A stretch of 64,000 bases of DNA, taken from assembly GCA_964016885.1 (NCBI GenBank), contig OZ024740.1, positions 9,796,001-9,860,000 of the forward strand, written 5' to 3'. This DNA is from Eledone cirrhosa (Eukaryota). Positions 49,284-62,087 of the stretch are shown piece after piece. Numbering within the stretch: position 1 is the stretch's first letter; each line of letters opens with the position of its first letter. The notes below the pieces were generated by a model. It saw nothing but the letters and a program-made list of their open reading frames with translations. It was not told the DNA's origin and made no database searches. Both the position numbers and the translations under genes were made by a program.

Positions 49284-49559
49284 TTTTTCACCAGACTGAG
49301 AGTGGGGTGCTGGTGATAGTCTTGTGGTTGATGTGACCACTGGTCATCTGGTTTAGGCTTGTCACCAGACTGAGAGAGGGGTGCTGGTGGTAGTCTTGTT
49401 GTTGATGTGACCACTGGTCATCTGGTTTAGGCTTGTCACCAGACTGAGAGAGGGGTTCTGGTGGTAGTCTTGTGGTTGATGTGACCACTGGTCATCTGGT
49501 TTAGGCTTGTCACCTGACTGAGAGAGAGGTGCTGGTTGTTGTCTTGTGGTTGATGTGAC

Positions 49560-50080
49560 CACTGGTCATCTGGTTTAGGCTTGTCACCAGACTGAGAGAG
49601 GGGTGCTGGTGGTAGTCTTGTGGTTTATGTGACCACTGGTCATCTGGTTTAGGCTTGTCACCAGACTGAGAGAGGGGTGCTGGTGGTAGTCTTGTGGTTG
49701 ATGTGACCACTGGTCATCTGGTTTAGGCTTGTCACCAGACTGAGAGAGGGGTGCTGGTGGTAGTCTTGTGGTTTATGTGACCACTGGTCATCTGGTTTAG
49801 GCTTGTCACCAGACTGAGAGAGGGGTGCTGGTGGTAGTCTTGTGGTTGATGTGACCACTGGTCATCTGGTTTAGGCTTGTCACCAGACTGAGAGAGGGGT
49901 GCTGGTGGTAGTCTTGTGGTTTATGTGACCACTGGTCATCTGGTTTAGGCTTGTCACCAGACTGAGAGAGGGGTGCTGGTGGTAGTCTTGTGGTTGATGT
50001 GACCACTGGTCATCTGGTTTAGGCTTGTCACCAGACTGAGAGAGGGGTGCTGGTGGTAGTCTTGTGGTTGATGTGACCAC
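49560..50080. repeat. Local dimer (148 bp) repeat
   Basis: The GGTTTATGTG variant is in every second monomer (near 49622, 49770, 49918). Confidence 0.8.
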
Positions 50081-53000
50081 TGGTCATCTGGTTTAGGCTT
50101 GTCACCAGACTGAGAGAGGGTGCTGGTGGTAGTCTTGTGGTTGATGTGACCACTGGTCATCTGGTTTAGGCTTGTCACCAGACTGAGAGAGGGGTGCTGG
50201 TGGTAGTCTTGTGGTTTATGTGACCACTGGTCATCTGGTTTAGACTTGTCACCAGACTGAGAGAGGGGTGCTGGTGGTTATCTTTTATTGATGTGACCAC
50301 TGGTCATCTGGTTTAGGCTTGTCACCAGACTGAGAGAGAGAGGGGTGCTGGTGGTAGTCTTGTGGTTGATGTGACCACTGGTCATCTGGTTTCAGCTTGT
50401 CACCAGACTGAGAAAGAGGTGCTGGTGGTAGTTTTGTGGTTGATGTGACCACTGGTCATCTAGTCTAGCCTTGTCACCAGACTGAGAAAGGGGTGCTGCT
50501 AGTAGTCTTGTGGTTGATAGGACCACTGGTCATCTTGTCTAGGCTTGTCACCAGACTAAGAGAGGGGTGCTGGTGGTAGTCTTGCGGTTGATGTGACCAC
50601 TGGTCATCTTGTTTAGGCTTGGCACCAGGCTGAGAGAGGGGTGCTGGTGGTAGTCGTCTAGTTGATGTGACCACTGGTCATCTGGTTTAGGTTTGTCACC
50701 AGACTGAGAGAGGGGTGCTGGCAGTAGTCTTGGGGTTGATGTGACCACTGGTCATCTGGTTTCGGTTTGTCACCAGACTGAGAAAGGGGTGCTGGTGGTA
50801 GTCTTGTGGTTGATCTGACCTCAGGTCATCTGGCTTAGGTTTGTCACCAGACTGAGAAAGGGGTGCTGGTGGTAATCTTGTGGTTGATGTGACCTCTGGT
50901 CATCTGGCTTAGGCTTGTCACCAGACTGAGAGAGAGGTGCTGGTGGTAGTCTTGTGGTTGATCTGACCTCAGGTCATCTGGCTTTGATTTGTCACCAGAC
51001 TGAGAAAGGGGTGCTGGTGGTAGTCTTGTGGTTGATGTGACCTCTGGTCATCTGGCTTAGTCTTGTCACCAGACTGAGAGAGAGGTGCTGGTGGTAGTCT
51101 TGTGATTGGTCTGACAACTGGTCATCTGGTTTAGGTTTGTCACCAGACTGAGAAAGGGGTGCTGCTAGTAGTCTTGTGGTTGATGTGACCACTGGTCATC
51201 TGGTTTAGGTTTGTTACCAGACTGAGACAGAGAGTGGTGCTGGTGGTAGTCTTGTGGTTGATGTGACCACTGGTCATCTGGTTTAGGTTTGTCACCAGAC
51301 TGAGACAGGGGTGCTGGTGGTAGTCTTGTGGTTGATGTGACCTCTGGTCATCTGGCTTAGGCTTGTCACCAGACTGAGAGAGAGGTATTGGTGGTAGTCT
51401 TGTGGTTGATGTGACAAGTGGTCATATGGTCTAGGCTTGTCACCAGACTGAGAAAGGAGTGCTGGTGGTAGTCTTGTGGTTGATGTGACCACAGGTCATC
51501 TAGTATAGGTTTGTCACCAAACTGAGAGAGAGGTGCTGGTGGTAGTCGTGTGGTTGATGTGACCACTGGTCATCTGTTTTAGGTTTGTCACCAGACTGAG
51601 AGAGGGGTGCTGGTGGTAGTCGTGTGGTTGATGTAACCACTGGTAATCTGGTTTAGGTTTGTCACCAGACTGAGAGAGGGGTGCTGGTGGTGGTCTTGTG
51701 GTTGTTGTGACCTCTGGTCATCTGGTGTAGGTTTGTCACCAGACTGAGAGAGGGGTGCTGGTGGTAGTATTGTGGTTGACGTGACCACTGGTCATCTGGT
51801 TTAGGCTTGTCACCAGACTGAGAGAGGGGTGCTGGTGGTAGTCGTGTGGTTGATGTGACCACTGGTCATCTGGTTTAGGCTTGTCACCAGACTGAGAGAG
51901 AGAGGGTTGCTGGTGGTAGTCTTGTGGTTGATGTGACCTCTGGTCATCTGGTTTAGGCTTGTCACCAGACTGAGAGAGAGGTGCTGGTGGTAGTCGTGTG
52001 GTTGATGTGACCACTGGTCATCTGGTTTAGGCTTGTCACCAGACTGAGAGAGGGGTGCTGGTGATAGTCTTGTGGTTGATGTGACCACTGGTCATCTGGT
52101 TTAGGCTTGTCACCAGACTGAGAGAGGGGTGCTGGTGGTTGTCTTGCGGTTGATGTGACGACTGGTCATCTAGTCTAGGTTTGTCACCAGACTGAGAGAG
52201 AGGTGCTGGGAGTAGTCTTGTGGTTGATGTGACCACTGGTCATCTGGTTTAGGCTTGTCACCAGACTGAGAGAGGGGTGCTGGTGGTAGTCTTGTGGTTG
52301 ATGTGACCACTGGTTATCTGGTTTAGGCTTGTCACCAGACTGAGAGAGGGGTGCTGGTGGTAGTCTTGTGGTTGATGTGACCACTGGTCATCTGGTTTAA
52401 GCTTGTCACCAGACTGAGAGTGGGGTGCTGGTGGTAGTCTTGTGGTTGATGTGACCACTGGTCATCTGGTTTAGGCTTGTCACCAGACTGAGAGTGGTGT
52501 GCTGGTGGTAGTCTTGTGGTTGATGTGGCCACTGGTCATCTGGTTTAGACTTGTCACTAGACTGAGAGAGGGGTGCTGGTGGTTGTCTTGTGGTTGATGG
52601 GACCACTGGTCATCTGGTTTAAGCTTGTCACCAGACTGAGAGAGGGGTGCTGGTGGTAGTCTTGTGGTTGATGTGACCACTGGTCATCTGGTTTAGGCTT
52701 GTCACCAGACTGAGAGAGATGTATTGGTGGTAGTCTTGTGGTTGATGTGACCACTGGTCATCTTTTTTAGGCTTGTCACCAGACTGAGAGAGAGGTGCTG
52801 GTGATAGTCTTGAGGTTGATGTGACCACTGGTCATCTGGTTTAGGCTTGTCACCAGACTGAGAGAGAGGTGCTGGTGGTAGTCTTGCGGTTGATGTGACC
52901 ACTTGTCATCTGGCTTATGCTTGTCACCAGACTGAGAGAGAGGTGCTGGTGGTAGTCGTGTGGTTGATGTGACCACTGTTCATCTGGTTTAGGCTTGTCA

Positions 53001-54618
53001 CCAGACTGAGAGAGAGGTGCTGGTGGTAGTCGTGTGGTTGATGTGACCACTAGTCATCTGGTTTAGGCTTGTCACCAGACTGAGAGAGGGGTGCTGGTGA
53101 TAGTCTTGTGGTTGATGTGACCATTGGTCATCTGATTTAGGCTTGTCACCAGACTGAGAGAGGGGTGCTGGTGGTAGTCGTGTGGTTGATGTGACCACTG
53201 GTAATCTGGTTTAGGCTTGTCACCAGACTGAGAGAGAGGTATTGGTGGTAGTCTTGTGGTTGATGTGACCACTGGTCATCTGGTTTAGGCTTGTCACCAG
53301 ACTGAGAGAGAGGTGCTGGTGGTAGTCGTGTGGTTGATGTGACCACTGGTAAACTGGTTTAGGCTTGTCACCAGACTGAGAGAGAGGTATTGGTGGTAGT
53401 CTTGTGGTTGATGTGACCACTGGTCATCTGGTTTAGGCTTGTCACCAGACTGAGAGAGAGGTGCTGGTGGTAGTCGTGTGGTTGATGTGACCACTGGTCA
53501 TCTGGCTTAGGCTTGTCACCAGACTGAGAGAGAGGTGCTGGTGGTAGTCGTGTGGTTGATGTGACCACTGGTAATCTGGTTTAGGCTTGTCACCAGACTG
53601 AGAGAGGTATTGGTGGTAGTCTTGTGGTTGATGTGACCACTGGTCATCTGGTTTAGGCTTGTCACCAGACTGAGAGAGGGGTGCTGGTGGTAGTCGTGTG
53701 GTTGATGTGACCACTGGTCATCTGGTTTAGGCTTGTCACCAGACTGAGAGAGAGGTGCTGGAGGTAGTCGTGTGGTTGATGTGACCACTGGTCATCTGGT
53801 TTAGGCTTGTCACCAGACTGAGAGAGGGGTGCTGGTGATAGTCTTGTGGTTGATGTGACCACTGGTCATCTGGTTTAGGCTTGTCACCAGACTGAGAGAG
53901 AGGTGCTGGTGGTAGTCGTGTGGTTGATGTGACTACTGGTCATCTGGTTTAGGCTTGTCACCAGACTGAGAGAGGGTTACTGGTGGTAGTCTTTTGGTTG
54001 ATGTGACCACTGGTCATCTGGTTTAGGCTTGTCACCAGACTGAGAGAGAGGTGCTGGTGGTAGTCGTGTGGTTGATGTGACTACTGGTCATCTGGTTTAG
54101 GCTTGTCACCAGACTGAGAGAGGGTTACTGGTGGTAGTCTTGTGGTTGATGTGACCACTGGTCATCTGGTTTAGGCTTGTCACCAGACTGAGAGAGGGTT
54201 ACTGGTGGTAGTCTTGTGGTTGGTGTGACCTCTGGTCATCTGGTTTAGGCTTGTCACCAGACTGAGAGAGGGGTGCTGGTGGTAGTCTTGTGGTTGATGT
54301 GACCACTGGTTATCTGGTTTAGGCTTGTCACCAGACTGAGAGAGGGGTGCTGGTGGTAGTCTTGTGGTTGATGTGACCACTGGTCATCTGGTTTAAGCTT
54401 GTTACCAGACTGAGAGTGGGGTGCTGGTGGTAGTCTTGTGGTTGATGTGACCACTGGTCATCTGGTTTAGGCTTGTCACCAGACTGAGAGAGGTGTGCTG
54501 GTGGTAGTCTTGTGGTTGATGTGACCACTGGTCATCTGGTTTAGGCTTGTCACCAGACTGAGAGAGAGGTGCTGGTGGTAGTCTTGTGGTTGATGTGACC
54601 ACTGGTCATCTGGTTTAG

Positions 54619-55467
54619 GCTTGTCACCAGACTGAGAGAGGGGTGCTGGTGGTAGTCTTGTGGTTGATGTGACCACTGGTCATCTGGTTTAGGCTTGTCA
54701 CCAGACTGAGAGAGAGGTATTGGTGGTAATCTTGTGGTTGATGTGACCACTGGTCATCTTTTTTAGGCTTGTCACCAGACTGAGAGAGAGGTGCTGGTGA
54801 TAGTCTTGTGGTTGATGTGACCACTGGTCATCTGGTTTAGGCTTGTCACCAGACTGAGAGAGAGGTGCTGGTGGTTGTCTTGTGGTTGATGGGACCACTG
54901 GTCATCTGGTTTAAGCTTGTCACCAGACTGAGAGAGGGGTGCTGGTGGTAGTCTTGTGGTTGATGTGACCACTGGTCATCTGGTTTAGGCTTGTCACCAG
55001 ACTGAGAGAGAGGTATTGGTGGTAATCTTGTGGTTGATGTGACCACTGGTCATCTTTTTTAGGCTTGTCACCAGACTGAGAGAGAGGTGCTGGTGATAGT
55101 CTTGTGGTTGATGTGACCACTGGTCATCTGGTTTAGGCTTGTCACCACACTGAGAGAGAGGTGCTGGTGGTTGTCTTGTGGTTGATGGGACCACTGGTCA
55201 TCTGGTTTAAGCTTGTCACCAGACTGAGAGAGGGGTGCTGGTGGTAGTCTTGTGGTTGATGTGACCACTGGTCATCTGGTTTAGGCTTGTCACCAGACTG
55301 AGAGAGAGGTATTGGTGGTAATCTTGTGGTTGATGTGACCACTGGTCATCTTTTTTAGGCTTGTCACCAGACTGAGAGAGAGGTGCTGGTGATAGTCTTG
55401 TGGTTGATGTGACCACTGGTCATCTGGTTTAGGCTTGTCACCAGACTGAGAGAGAGGTGCTGGTGGT
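54619..55467. repeat. Local 4-monomer higher-order repeat, 296 bp x ~3
   Basis: The GGTATTGGTGGTAATC...ATCTTTTTTAGG monomer recurs near 54717, 55013 and 55309; ORFs 54550/54846/55142. Confidence 0.88.
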
Positions 55468-55694
55468 AGTCTTGCGGTTGATGTGACCATTGGTCATCTG
55501 GTTTAGGCTTGTCACCAGACTGAGAGAGAGGTGCTGGTGGTAGTCGTGTGGTTGATGTGACCACTGGTAATCTGGTTTAGGCTTGTCACCAGACTGAGAG
55601 AGGGGTGCTGGTGGTAGTCTTGTGGTTGATGTGACCACTGGTCATCTGGTTTAGGCTTGTCACCAGACTGAGAGAGGGGTGCTTGTGGTAGTCG

Positions 55695-58600
55695 TGTGGT
55701 TGATGTGACCACTGGTCATCTGGTTTAGGCTTGTCACCAGACTGAGAGAGAGGTGCTGGTGGTAGTCTTGCGGTTGATGTGACCACTGGTCATCTGGTTT
55801 AGGCTTGTCACCAGACTGAGAGAGAGGTATTGGTGGTAGTCTTGTGGTTGATGTGACCACTGGTCATCTGGTTTAGGCTTGTCACCAGACTGAGAGAGAG
55901 GTGCTGGTGGTAGTCGTGTGGTTGATGTGACCACTGGTCATCTGGCTTAGGCTTGTCACCAGACTGAGAGAGAGGTGCTGGTGGTAGTCGTGTGGTTGAT
56001 GTGACCACTGGTCATCTGGTTTAGGCTTGTCACCAGACTGAGAGAGGGGTGCTGGTGATAGTCTTGTGGTTGATGTGACCACTGGTCATCTGGTTAGGCT
56101 TGTCACCAGACTGAGAGAGGGTTACTGGTGGTAGTCTTGTGGTTGATGTGACCTCTGGTCATCTGGTTTAGGCTTGTCACCAGACTGAGAGAGGGGTGCT
56201 GGTGGTAGTATTGTGGTTGACGTGACCACTGGTCATCTGGTTTAGGCTTGTCACCAGACTGAGAGAGGGGTGCTGGTGGTAGTCGTGTGGTTGATGTGAC
56301 CACTGGTCATCTGGTTTAGGCTTGTCACCAGACTGAGAGAGGGGTGCTGGTGGTAGTCTTGTGGTTGATGTGACCACTGGTCATCTAGTCTAGGTTTGTC
56401 ACCAGACTGAGAGAGAGGTGCTGGGAGTAGTCTTGTGGTTGATGTCACCACTGGTCATCTGGTTTAGGCTTGTCACCAGACTGAGAGAGGTGTGCTGGTG
56501 GTAGTCTTGTGGTTGCTGTGACCACTGGTCATCTGGTTTAGGCTTGTCACCAGACTGTGAGAGGGGTGCTGGTGGTTGTCTTGTGGTTGATGGGACCACT
56601 GGTCATCTGGTTTAAGCTTGTCACCAGACTGAGAGACGGGTGCTGGTGGTAGTCTTGTGGTTGATGTGGCCACTGGTCATCTGGTTTAGGCTTGTCACCA
56701 GACTGAGAGAGAGGTATTGGTGGTAGTCTTGTGGTTGATGTGACCACTGGTCATCTTTTTTAGGCTTGTCACCAGACTGAGAGAGAGGTGCTGGTGATAG
56801 TCTTGGGTTTGATGTGACCACTGGTCATCTGGTTTAGGCTTGTCACCAGACTGAGAGAGAGGTGCTGGTGGTAGTCTTGCGGTTGATGTGACCACTGGTC
56901 ATCTGGTTTAGTCTTGTCACCAGACTGAGAGAGGGGTGCTGGTGATAGTCTTGTGGTTGATGTGACCATTGGTCATCTGGTTTAGGCTTGTCACCAGACT
57001 GAGAGAGAGGTGCTGGTGGTAGTCTTGCGGTTGATGTGACCACTGGTCATCTGGTTTAGGCTTGTCACCAGACTGAGAGAGAGGTATTGGTGGTAGTCTT
57101 GTGGTTGATGTGACCACTGGTCATCTGGTTTAGGCTTGTCACCAGACTGAGAGAGAGGTGCTGGTGGTAGTCGTGTGGTTGATGTGACCACTGGTCATCT
57201 GGCTTAGGCTTGTCACCAGACTGAGAGAGAGGTGCTGGTGGTAGTCGTGTGGTTGATGTGACCACTGGTCATCTGGTTTAGGCTTGTCACCAGACTGAGA
57301 GAGTGGTGCTGGTGATAGTCTTGTGGTTGATGTGACCACTGGTCATCTGGTTTAGGCTTGTCACCAGACTGAGAGAGGGGTGCTGGTGATAGTCTTGTGG
57401 TTGATGTGACCACTGGTCATCTGGTTTAGGCTTGTCACCAGACTGAGAGAGGGTTACTGGTGGTAGTCTTGTGGTTGATGTGACCTCTGGTCATCTGGTT
57501 TAGGCTTGTCACCAGACTGAGAGAGGGTTACTGGTGGTAGTCTTGTGGTTGATGTGACCACTGGTCATCTGGTTTAGGCTTGTCACCAGACTGAGAGAGG
57601 GGTGCTGGTGGTAGTATTGTGGTTGACGTGACCACTGGTCATCTGGTTTAGGCTTGTCACCAGACTGAGAGAGGGGTGCTGGTGGTAGTCGTGTGGTTGA
57701 TGTGACCACTGGTCATCTGGTTTAGGCTTGTCACCAGACTGAGAGAGGTGTGCTGGTGGTAGTCTTGTGGTTGATGTGACCACTGGTCATCTGGTTTAGG
57801 CTTGTCACCAGACTGAGAGTGGGGTGCTGGTGGTAGTCTTGTGGTTGATGTGACCACTGGTCATCTGGTTTAGGCTTGTCACCAGACTGAGAGAGGTGTG
57901 CTGGTGGTAGTCTTGTGGTTGATGTGACCACTGGTCATCTGGTTTAAGCTTGTCACCAGACTGAGAGTGGGGTGCTGGTGGTAGTCTTGTGGTTGATGTG
58001 ACCACTGGTCATCTGGTTTAGGCTTGTCACCAGACTGAGAGAGGTGTGCTGGTGGTAGTCTTGTGGTTGATGTGACCACTGGTCATCTGGTTTAGGCTTG
58101 TCACCAGACTGAGAGAGGGGTGCTGGTGGTTGTCTTGTGGTTGATGGGACCACTGGTCATCTGGTTTAAGCTTGTCACCAGACTGAGAGAAGGGTGCTGG
58201 TGGTAGTCTTGTGGTTGATGTGACCACTGGTCATCTGGTTTAGGCTTGTCACCAGACTGAGAGAGAGGTATTGGTGGTAGTCTTGTGGTTGATGTGACCA
58301 CTGGTCATCTTTTTTAGGCTTGTCACCAGACTGAGAGAGAGGTGCTGGTGATAGTCTTGTGGTTGATGTGACCACTGGTCATCTGGTTTAGGCTTGTCAC
58401 CAGACTGAGAGAGAGGTGCTGGTGGTAGTCTTGCGGTTGATGTGACCACTGGTCATCTGGTTTAGGCTTGTCACCAGACTGAGAGAGGGGTGCTGATGAT
58501 AGTCTTGTAGTTGATGTGACCATTGGTCATCTGGTTTAGGCTTGTCACCAGACTGAGAGAGGGGTGCTGGTGGTAGTCTTGTGGTTGATGTGACCACTGG

Positions 58601-61600
58601 TAATCTGGTTTAGGCTTCTCACCAGACTGAGAGAGGGGTGCTGGTGGTAGTCTTGTGGTTGATGTGACCACTGGTCATCTGGTTTAGGCTTGTCACCAGA
58701 CTGAGAGAGAGGTGCTGGTGGTAGTCTTGTGGTTGATGTGACCACTGGTCATCTGGTTTAGGCTTGTCACCAGACTGAGAGAGAGGTGCTGGTGGTAGTC
58801 TTGCGGTTGATGTGACCACTGGTCATCTGGTTTAGGCTTGTCACCAGACTGAGAGAGAGGTATTGGTGGTAGTCTTGTGGTTGATGTGACCACTGGTCAT
58901 CTGGTTTAGGCTTCTCACCAGACTGAGAGAGAGGTGCTGGTGGTAGTCGTGTGGTTGATGTGACCACTGGTCATCTGGCTTAGGCTTGTCACCAGACTGA
59001 GAGAGAGGTGCTGGTGGTAGTCGTGTGGTTGATGTGACCACTGGTCATCTGGTTTAGGCTTGTCACCAGACTGAGAGAGGGGTGCTGGTGATAGTCTTGT
59101 GGTTGATGTGACCACTGGTCATCTGGTTAGGCTTGTCACCAGACTGAGAGAGGGTTACTGGTGGTAGTCTTGTGGTTGATGTGACCTCTGGTCATCTGGT
59201 TTAGGCTTGTCACCAGACTGAGAGAGGGGTGCTGGTGGTAGTATTGTGGTTGACGTGACCACTGGTCATCTGGTTTAGGCTTGTCACCAGACTGAGAGAG
59301 GGGTGCTGGTGGTAGTCGTGTGGTTGATGTGACCACTGGTCATCTGGTTTAGGCTTGTCACCAGACTGAGAGAGGGGTGCTGGTGGTAGTCTTGTGGTTG
59401 ATGTGACCACTGGTCATCTAGTCTAGGTTTGTCACCAGACTGAGAGAGAGGTGCTGGGAGTAGTCTTGTGGTTGATGTCACCACTGGTCATCTGGTTTAG
59501 GCTTGTCACCAGACTGAGAGAGGTGTGCTGGTGGTAGTCTTGTGGTTGATGTGACCACTGGTCATCTGGTTTAGGCTTGTCACCAGACTGAGAGAGGGGT
59601 GCTGGTGGTTGTCTTGTGGTTGATGGGACCACTGGTCATCTGGTTTAAGCTTGTCACCAGACTGAGAGACGGGTGCTGGTGGTAGTCTTGTGGTTGATGT
59701 GGCCACTGGTCATCTGGTTTAGGCTTGTCACCAGACTGAGAGAGAGGTATTGGTGGTAGTCTTGTGGTTGATGTGACCACTGGTCATCTTTTTTAGGCTT
59801 GTCACCAGACTGAGAGAGAGGTGCTGGTGATAGTCTTGGGTTTGATGTGACCACTGGTCATCTGGTTTAGGCTTGTCACCAGACTGAGAGAGAGGTGCTG
59901 GTGGTAGTCTTGCGGTTGATGTGACCACTGGTCATCTGGTTTAGTCTTGTCACCAGACTGAGAGAGGGGTGCTGGTGATAGTCTTGTGGTTGATGTGACC
60001 ATTGGTCATCTGGTTTAGGCTTGTCACCAGACTGAGAGAGAGGTGCTGGTGGTAGTCTTGCGGTTGATGTGACCACTGGTCATCTGGTTTAGGCTTGTCA
60101 CCAGACTGAGAGAGAGGTATTGGTGGTAGTCTTGTGGTTGATGTGACCACTGGTCATCTGGCTTAGGCTTGTCACCAGACTGAGAGAGAGGTGCTGGTGG
60201 TAGTCGTGTGGTTGATGTGACCACTGGTCATCTGGTTTAGGCTTGTCACCAGACTGAGAGAGTGGTGCTGGTGATAGTCTTGTGGTTGATGTGACCACTG
60301 GTCATCTGGTTTAGGCTTGTCACCAGACTGAGAGAGGGGTGCTGGTGATAGTCTTGTGGTTGATGTGACCACTGGTCATCTGGTTTAGGCTTGTCACCAG
60401 ACTGAGAGAGGGATACTGGTGGTAGTCTTGTGGTTGATGTGACCTCTGGTCATCTGGTTTAGGCTTGTCACCAGACTGAGAGAGGGTTACTGGTGGTAGT
60501 CTTGTGGTTGATGTGACCACTGGTCATCTGGTTTAGGCTTGTCACCAGACTGAGAGAGGGGTGCTGGTGGTAGTATTGTGGTTGACGTGACCACTGGTCA
60601 TCTGGTTTAGGCTTGTCACCAGACTGAGAGAGGGGTGCTGGTGGTAGTCGTGTGGTTGATGTGACCACTGGTCATCTGGTTTAGGCTTGTCACCAGACTG
60701 AGAGAGGTGTGCTGGTGGTAGTCTTGTGGTTGATGTGACCACTGGTCATCTGGTTTAGGCTTGTCACCAGACTGAGAGTGGGGTGCTGGTGGTAGTCTTG
60801 TGGTTGATGTGACCACTGGTCATCTGGTTTAGGCTTGTCACCAGACTGAGAGAGGTGTGCTGGTGGTAGTCTTGTGGTTGATGTGACCACTGGTCATCTG
60901 GTTTAAGCTTGTCACCAGACTGAGAGTGGGGTGCTGGTGGTAGTCTTGTGGTTGATGTGACCACTGGTCATCTGGTTTAGGCTTGTCACCAGACTGAGAG
61001 AGGTGTGCTGGTGGTAGTCTTGTGGTTGTTGTGACCACTGGTCATCTGGTTTAGGCTTGTCACCAGACTGAGAGAGGGGTGCTGGTGGTTGTCTTGTGGT
61101 TGATGGGACCACTGGTCATCTGGTTTAAGCTTGTCACCAGACTGAGAGAAGGGTGCTGGTGGTAGTCTTGTGGTTGATGTGACCACTGGTCATCTGGTTT
61201 AGGCTTGTCACCAGACTGAGAGAGAGGTATTGGTGGTAGTCTTGTGGTTGATGTGACCACTGGTCATCTTTTTTAGGCTTGTCACCAGACTGAGAGAGAG
61301 GTGCTGGTGATAGTCTTGTGGTTGATGTGACCACTGGTCATCTGGTTTAGGCTTGTCACCAGACTGAGAGAGAGGTGCTGGTGGTAGTCTTGCGGTTGAT
61401 GTGACCACTGGTCATCTGGTTTAGGCTTGTCACCAGACTGAGAGAGGGGTGCTGATGATAGTCTTGTAGTTGATGTGACCATTGGTCATCTGGTTTAGGC
61501 TTGTCACCAGACTGAGAGAGGGGTGCTGGTGGTAGTCTTGTGGTTGATGTGACCACTGGTAATCTGGTTTAGGCTTCTCACCAGACTGAGAGAGGGGTGC

Positions 61601-62087
61601 TGGTGGTAGTCTTGTGGTTGATGTGACCACTGGTCATCTGGTTTAGGCTTGTCACCAGACTGAGAGAGAGGTGCTGGTGGTAGTCTTGTGGTTGATGTGA
61701 CCACTGGTCATCTGGTTTAGGCTTGTCACCAGACTGAGAGAGAGGTGCTGGTGGTAGTCTTGCGGTTGATGTGACCACTGGTCATCTGGTTGAGGCTTGT
61801 CACCAGACTGAGAGAGAGGTATTGGTGGTAGTCTTGTGGTTGATGTGACCACTGGTCATCTGGTTTAGGCTTCTCACCAGACTGAGAGAGAGGTGCTGGT
61901 GGTAGTCGTGTGGTTGATGTGACCACTGGTCATCTGGCTTAGGCTTGTCACCAGACTGAGAGAGAGGTGCTGGTGGTAGTCGTGTGGTTGATGTGACCAC
62001 TGGTCATCTGGTTTAGGCTTGTCACCAGACTGAGAGAGGGGTGCTGGTGATAGTCTTGTGGTTGATGTGACCACTGGTCATCTGGTT
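55695..62087. repeat. Tandem duplication of a ~41/40-monomer unit (3033 then 2959 bp offset)
   Basis: ORF pairs 56103/59136, 56621/59654 (+3033) and 57509/60468, 58915/61874 (+2959). Shared 1-bp deletion TGGTTAGGC, GATGTCACCAC, GAGACGGG and GATGTGGCC. Confidence 0.9.
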
